From a virus, in the IMG/VR virus record IMGVR_UViG_3300032282_002092, positions 1 through 64,000 of that record: a stretch of 64,000 bases of DNA. One strand, written 5' to 3'. The first letter of the stretch is position 1. Each line of letters starts with the position of its first letter. The notes under the pieces were generated by a model. That model searched no databases, had not been told where the DNA came from, and saw only the letters and a list, made by a program, of their open reading frames with translations. Below, piece after piece: positions 59,255-64,000 of this stretch. Made by a program: the position numbers and the translations under genes.

Positions 59255-59878
59255 TCAGTAGTCTGTGTGGCTGTTGTGTGCTCGCCTGAATTGATAGTTA
59301 CGGCCAGCAAAATGCCCAGATACGGACGAACTTCCGCTCAGATCGTGCCAAATACTCCGTATAGAGGATGGATCTGTAGTGCGTAATTCTTCTGCATTTG
59401 TAGCCTTAGTATCTGGATCTAAGTGAATTTTTCCAGATCTAAGTTGTTCATTAATATCACTATGATGCTTAGAAACCAAATCATGTAGGTGCTCTGGACC
59501 TTCATACTTAAAGTCGTCAACATCTTTAAGCGAGTTAAAGTTAGTAAGCGGAATACCACCCTGCTCTACACCGAAATGAGTGAGTCCCCAACCGTACAGG
59601 TTTGAACGATCTCGCTCCCTCTGCATAAGTTCTACATGGGTTAGAGCGCCAGACTCGTGTGGGAACTGTAATACTAAAGAGTTAGTAATACTGCCGTGCG
59701 GACTGTCTGATGTCCAAAAATCGGGACGGTTAGCCCATCGGTCAAAATGGGGTACGGCAGGCAACCGCTTACCGCCAAGCGCTGCGTACGTCCCCCCCAG
59801 TTCAATACCAGCCTTTTCCTGCAAATTCAGGAAATGCTGTCGGAATTGATGAGAATCAAATGCTTCAGGTGTGGGCAT
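59255..59878 (-). CDS. hypothetical protein, paralog of 60884..61552
   Basis: H..G..T...M...WG...EGP.HL...H...L..G....DP; AGGAG RBS. Confidence 0.7.
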   Translation of the reverse strand: MPTPEAFDSHQFRQHFLNLQEKAGIELGGTYAALGGKRLPAVPHFDRWANRPDFWTSDSPHGSITNSLVLQFPHESGALTHVELMQRERDRSNLYGWGLTHFGVEQGGIPLTNFNSLKDVDDFKYEGPEHLHDLVSKHHSDINEQLRSGKIHLDPDTKATNAEELRTTDPSSIRSIWHDLSGSSSVSGHFAGRNYQFRRAHNSHTDY

Positions 59879-59880
59879 GT

Positions 59881-60027
59881 CTAACTCCTACCACCGGGGC
59901 GGTTTCTGGGCGATATTAAAAGCGTTATTGGGTCCACTGATTCTTCCAAATACACGGCGTACGCCACGGGATCCACCTGACCATGCTGTCTGAACCGGTT
60001 AGGGTCAAAATCCTTGTGGACGCTCAT
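59881..60027 (-). CDS. 48-aa ORF or gene remnant with N-terminus like 59255..59878
   Basis: MSVHKDFDPNRFRQH vs MPTPEAFDSHQFRQH; GGAGG RBS. Confidence 0.45.
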   Translation of the reverse strand: MSVHKDFDPNRFRQHGQVDPVAYAVYLEESVDPITLLISPRNRPGGRS

Positions 60028-60849
60028 TTACATGCCCTCCAAATCCAGTTTTAACTGGTTTTCATCTACTCCACGCTTACGCCGTTTACCGGCAGTAGAG
60101 GTGAGTGCGTGTTCGATACGGTCATAGTTGGCTAGAGGAATGTTGCCGGTACGGTTGACGTGGCTACGAGCGAGAGAGTAAAGCCGTTGCATTTCTGGAG
60201 ACTTCTCTTTAAACAGTTTCGGATATCCAGAAACGCTCATACCCTTAGGTATTCCGCTGTAGCGGTCGGCGTAGCCGTCTGCAATCCCTTCCACAATAGG
60301 ATCAGCCGTTCCACCCTTGAACTCAACACCACGCTGCTTATCGTCGTTTGCGGATTCCATGTGTTCCCAATACTGGGGATGTGACTGCCAATGCTTGGCA
60401 TGACCAATTTCGTGAGCCATTGTCCGTTGCCAAATATGGGCTTTATTAGGATTCACTAAATCTGTGTAGTTGACAACAATGCGCCCAGATAAACCATTAC
60501 CAATTGTTCCGAACGCAGCGCTTGCGTCGTAATCCTTCTTTAGGGCGATCTTCATATCCATATCGTTGAGGTCGGCAAGATGCTGAAGAGGAATTTTCGA
60601 CGCAATAATCGGCATAGCAGCCCGTGCGTACAACTTCCCTAACGCTTTGCGCATATCTGGGGAAGCGCTTTCTGGCATCTCGGGGAACAACTTTGCCGTG
60701 AGATCAATACGACGATTGGCGCTAATCGGGTCATCGATCATGCCGGTACCGGTATTAGGGTGGAACAACTGGCCCCTACCCTGCTTATCCCAATAAAAAC
60801 CGTGCTCGTCCGGTGTGGGTTCCTCGTCGTAATGTGCCTCTTCAGTCAC
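60028..60849 (-). CDS. zincin-like metallopeptidase
   Basis: MAHEIGH, downstream PIVEGIADGY. Confidence 0.75.
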   Translation of the reverse strand: MTEEAHYDEEPTPDEHGFYWDKQGRGQLFHPNTGTGMIDDPISANRRIDLTAKLFPEMPESASPDMRKALGKLYARAAMPIIASKIPLQHLADLNDMDMKIALKKDYDASAAFGTIGNGLSGRIVVNYTDLVNPNKAHIWQRTMAHEIGHAKHWQSHPQYWEHMESANDDKQRGVEFKGGTADPIVEGIADGYADRYSGIPKGMSVSGYPKLFKEKSPEMQRLYSLARSHVNRTGNIPLANYDRIEHALTSTAGKRRKRGVDENQLKLDLEGM

Positions 60850-60883
60850 GATCTATCTTCTTTCCCATACCGTTCCCTAGCCA

Positions 60884-61552
60884 TTATATATCAAGGTTTT
60901 TATCTTCAGTGAACTGGAACCGCTTACGTGGATCGAAATAACCATGCTTGGTATCTGCTATGTCGTCAATGTGCTTGCCAAGCACTATTCCACTTTTTCC
61001 AACACCATACGAGAAGTGGGAGCCAGTAATAATGGGAGGATTACTGCGTATTTGAGCACGTTTAAATAAACCAGTTTCAGTTACTTCGGGATCAACCTTT
61101 AATGATCCCCCCTTTAATCCTTGCCGTATCAAATTAATATGGTCTTGGATTGCGGCACCCAAATGATGTGGACCCTCCATTGGTATACGGTCATCATCGT
61201 AGCCCCGGTAAACCTGTTCTCCGTGCCGATCTTGAACGCCCCACGTAAAGGGTGGGGCCATCGTCCATGAGGGACGATTGGTGCCAATTCCTCTACCCTC
61301 CATTAACATTTCCGTAACAAGACCGTTTTTATGGGCGAGATGAAAACCTAGGGTTTCTTCTTCTGGATTTGTTTCGTCATCTGAAAAATATCCGTAATCA
61401 CCCGCTTCAATAGGGTAAAGGCGACCTCCCACTCGGACATGCCGTGGGGTACGGAAGTTTATGCCAGCCTCAACTTGAGCGCGAGTAAACAGGTGAGTCA
61501 TATTTTCAGGGCTGTATGGCATCCCTCGTCTGGGTCCAAGCATGTGAGTCAC
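60884..61552 (-). CDS. hypothetical protein, paralog of 59255..59878
   Basis: Shared HKNG/HESG, EGPHHL/EGPEHL, LKGGSLKVDP/LRSGKIHLDP. Confidence 0.7.
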   Translation of the reverse strand: MTHMLGPRRGMPYSPENMTHLFTRAQVEAGINFRTPRHVRVGGRLYPIEAGDYGYFSDDETNPEEETLGFHLAHKNGLVTEMLMEGRGIGTNRPSWTMAPPFTWGVQDRHGEQVYRGYDDDRIPMEGPHHLGAAIQDHINLIRQGLKGGSLKVDPEVTETGLFKRAQIRSNPPIITGSHFSYGVGKSGIVLGKHIDDIADTKHGYFDPRKRFQFTEDKNLDI

Positions 61553-61570
61553 TTCCGATCAAATGAGGGA

Positions 61571-61605
61571 ACGGTACCAATCATTATACTGATGATTGGT
61601 ACCGT
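61571..61605. promoter_or_regulatory. perfect 14-bp inverted repeat enclosing -10-like hexamers
   Basis: ACGGTACCAATCAT-TATACTG-ATGATTGGTACCGT. Confidence 0.6.
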
Positions 61606-61614
61606 ATGCAGGTA

Positions 61615-62334
61615 TTAGATGCCGGGAAGTCGCTCTCCAAAAAATGGGGCTAAATCGTGCTCCCTCTCCTTATCCCTGCCCAAAATCCTTCTTAAATGTG
61701 ACTTAGCAAGGTGAAGATCGTTTTCTGGCACTGTGTGTTTGTCTAAATCAAACTTGACACCCATTATACTACCCAAATTATCAGCCGCTCGGTTATTGGT
61801 CCAATCCCACCCCGGCATCCAAGTGGTAGATAACGTGTCGCTAAAATCGTGGTTGTTAATTTGTTCAGCGTGAACATTTCTGGGATTAGGAATAATAAGC
61901 CCACTCTGTAATCCACGCTTGGCTAGGCGGGAACTAAAGTGTGAGAGGTTTCGATCTGCTGTCAGGGGTGACAGTTCACGGTGTGCCATAGCCAACAACA
62001 TGGGAACAGCATGCCGCATATTAGGGTGTGCGAACGCCGTAACGTAATTACCGGGCTTTACAGAAAACAATGTTTCTGGATCTGGGTAATCACCGTAACG
62101 TTCTTGGGCACCGTGGTCGTCAAACATCCATGAAGGCGATACTTCCATGCCGTGCTTGTCTCTGTTATAAAAATTAGTCCAGATATCTGGGTGCTCTACA
62201 GACACGATTGCTGCATAGTGCCGAGCGAGAGTGTCACCCTCTAGCGGCTTTCCTATAGCGGCATATTCCGTAGTACCCCTAAGGATGCTTTCAGCATGGG
62301 GAGCGGGTTGGACGTTTCTCAAATATTTGATCAT
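61615..62334 (-). CDS. GNAT-like paralog family protein
   Basis: PETLF..PG...AFAHPNMRH..P.LLAMAH...LS..SSRLAK.G...GL..PNP.N. Confidence 0.7.
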   Translation of the reverse strand: MIKYLRNVQPAPHAESILRGTTEYAAIGKPLEGDTLARHYAAIVSVEHPDIWTNFYNRDKHGMEVSPSWMFDDHGAQERYGDYPDPETLFSVKPGNYVTAFAHPNMRHAVPMLLAMAHRELSPLTADRNLSHFSSRLAKRGLQSGLIIPNPRNVHAEQINNHDFSDTLSTTWMPGWDWTNNRAADNLGSIMGVKFDLDKHTVPENDLHLAKSHLRRILGRDKEREHDLAPFFGERLPGI

Positions 62335-63035
62335 TACTGACCCCTTTTACGGTGTTCAGAGATAATAGAGCGCAAATGGTGTCGGGCCGCTGCCACTTCT
62401 ATCGATGGAACACGGTCCTCAATTGGATGGAATGACCTACCGGTAACAACGCCCCTGCTGGTATCCAACAACCCATGCTCTTTCCGCAGTTCAGGCGGCT
62501 CGTAGACGATGTTGCTCCAATTAGAGGCTGCTGTGGTATCTGCATACGGATTCTCTGGGTTCGGAACGACCAGCCCACGCTCCTGCCCCCACTTGGCTAA
62601 ACGTGAACTGTGCTTGGAAAGAATTTCGGATGGCTGAAGCATTCGGTGCTCCATATGGGCCATAGCGAGCAAAGTGGGCATCGTGTGGCGCATATTAGGA
62701 TGTGCGTATGCGCTAAGAATAGTTCCCGGTATATGCGTAAACAGCGTGTCAGGCTCTTCAAACTCCAGATCGTCAGGACTGCTCTCAGGAATAAGTCTCC
62801 GCAAATGCTCCCGATGTTCCCAAGAGTGAACAACAGACTGGTTCGATGACCAAGTGGCGTTTTCCCAGTTAGTGATGGAGGTCGGCGCAGATACCTGCAA
62901 CAGTGCAGCGGGACGGTTACCGGTACCGTATGTGCCATCATGCTGGCGTACCCCACGATTACTGACTGCCGCATACCAAGACGAGGCCGTACCGTGCTTG
63001 GCGCTACCTGTCCGGTTTCTTAAATACATAGTCAC
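62334..63035 (-). CDS. GNAT-like paralog family protein
   Basis: PDTLF..PG...AYAHPNMRH..P.LLAMAH...LS.HSSRLAK.G...GL..PNP.N; AAGGA RBS before GTG. Confidence 0.7.
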   Translation of the reverse strand: MTMYLRNRTGSAKHGTASSWYAAVSNRGVRQHDGTYGTGNRPAALLQVSAPTSITNWENATWSSNQSVVHSWEHREHLRRLIPESSPDDLEFEEPDTLFTHIPGTILSAYAHPNMRHTMPTLLAMAHMEHRMLQPSEILSKHSSRLAKWGQERGLVVPNPENPYADTTAASNWSNIVYEPPELRKEHGLLDTSRGVVTGRSFHPIEDRVPSIEVAAARHHLRSIISEHRKRGQ

Positions 63036-63125
63036 GGTATGTCCTTTGCAAAAAAAATTTGATACACACACTGAGTGATGAAGCGCACTACTATCAGTCA
63101 CAAAGAGTGAATATGTATACCCATA

Positions 63126-63695
63126 TTAGTGTATTGAACGCGGATCTACAAGAAACTCTTCTTCTGGACGACGACTCTTCCCAACAGTACGTGTACGTAC
63201 ACCGTGCTCCAGAAGCGATACCCCCCGTACCGAACCGGGTTCCTGTTTCCATACCCTGCCGGTAGGACCGCTGTACGACGGCTTTGCAAACGAGCGTGCT
63301 ACGAACCTGTCGGTAGTAAACGACTGTGGATAATCGGGAGCAAGATCGGCCAGTTCCAGAGGTGAACGCTTGTCGCCACGGTACAATGGCAAGTCATTGG
63401 GCCTGCCGTGTATGCGCATGTTGGCATCAAAGGCAATAATGTTCTTGGCTACAGCATTCGGTTGCCCCACAAGGAATGACCGGTGGTCGGAAGCCCATCG
63501 CCGTAATTGGCGGTCAAACGGCTCTACCTTCAACTCTTCCATGTTTACGGGTCTATGCCACTTACCGTAGTACTCAGCAGCCTCGTCCGGTGACAACACT
63601 TGCCCCTCAGAATTACGCACATGACCGGTCAGTGCCTGTCCCAAAGACATTCCATGAAGTCTGGAGAACTGGTGGCTAAGAATAATGGGTTGCAT
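63126..63695 (-). CDS. R-S-E class ADP-ribosyltransferase
   Basis: LYRG, QSFTT...VARSFA, EEEFLV. Confidence 0.78.
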   Translation of the reverse strand: MQPIILSHQFSRLHGMSLGQALTGHVRNSEGQVLSPDEAAEYYGKWHRPVNMEELKVEPFDRQLRRWASDHRSFLVGQPNAVAKNIIAFDANMRIHGRPNDLPLYRGDKRSPLELADLAPDYPQSFTTDRFVARSFAKPSYSGPTGRVWKQEPGSVRGVSLLEHGVRTRTVGKSRRPEEEFLVDPRSIH

Positions 63696-64000
63696 TTAGC
63701 GCCACCATTCCATACCGGGCAACGGGGTGCCGTGCGGCTTGGACTCCTCCTCAACGGGCTTGTTCCTGCGCAGCAGGTGCCTGAGGTGGTCCTTTGCGGC
63801 AAACACGTCTAGATCGGGCATCTTGTCATCCTCCCAGTCCCAATCGTCATTACCGATCATGCCACGAGCATTCGTGGGCTTATCGTTCTCATCATCCCAT
63901 GACGGCGTCCACACACTGCTTGCCCAAGCGGAATCAAAGTTCAGGCCGTTAGTCGGGCGGTTGCTGGGGTTTGCCCTGTTTTGAACAATCAGACCCATGT
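63696..64000 (-). CDS. GNAT-like paralog family protein (5' end truncated by window)
   Basis: GLIV.N..NP....TN...F and P..DV.AAK.HLR.LL match the 61615 and 62334 genes. Confidence 0.65.
   Translation of the reverse strand, partial: MGLIVQNRANPSNRPTNGLNFDSAWASSVWTPSWDDENDKPTNARGMIGNDDWDWEDDKMPDLDVFAAKDHLRHLLRRNKPVEEESKPHGTPLPGMEWWR

Overview
This 64 kb window is part of a large tailed-phage genome with a contractile tail. It is probably an actinobacteriophage, judging by TANNNT -10 boxes on leaderless genes, a tRNA-Leu(UAA), and a gene order that resembles Bxz1/BRock-type myoviruses as I recall them. Almost all genes are on the - strand. From right to left (the direction of transcription) it contains: (1) a ~9 kb tandem array of small single-domain genes at 55-64 kb (three ADP-ribosyltransferase-like, two HExxH metallopeptidases, four GNAT-like paralogs, a ParB domain and an unknown paralog pair); (2) a short + strand island ending in tRNA-Leu(UAA); (3) KTSC, large terminase and metallophosphoesterase; (4) portal, scaffold and major capsid, followed by three genes sharing an N-terminal MSIxxxHG tag; (5) fibre and neck genes, a Thr-rich collagen fibre beside a divergent glycosyltransferase/methyltransferase pair, and two endolysins; (6) sheath, tube, chaperones, tape measure and baseplate; (7) a replication block with a wHTH protein, a G/C-rich ori-like spacer, a DnaC-like loader, DnaB, primase and a SNF2 helicase. 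The two strongest candidates for something undescribed are the 55-64 kb effector array and a non-coding cassette at 5.9-6.24 kb. That cassette holds a tRNA-like RNA whose anticodon loop is replaced by a 45-nt pseudoknot-capable insert, flanked by two covarying copies of a compact pseudoknot motif. All product calls come from reading motifs by eye; no database searches were run.
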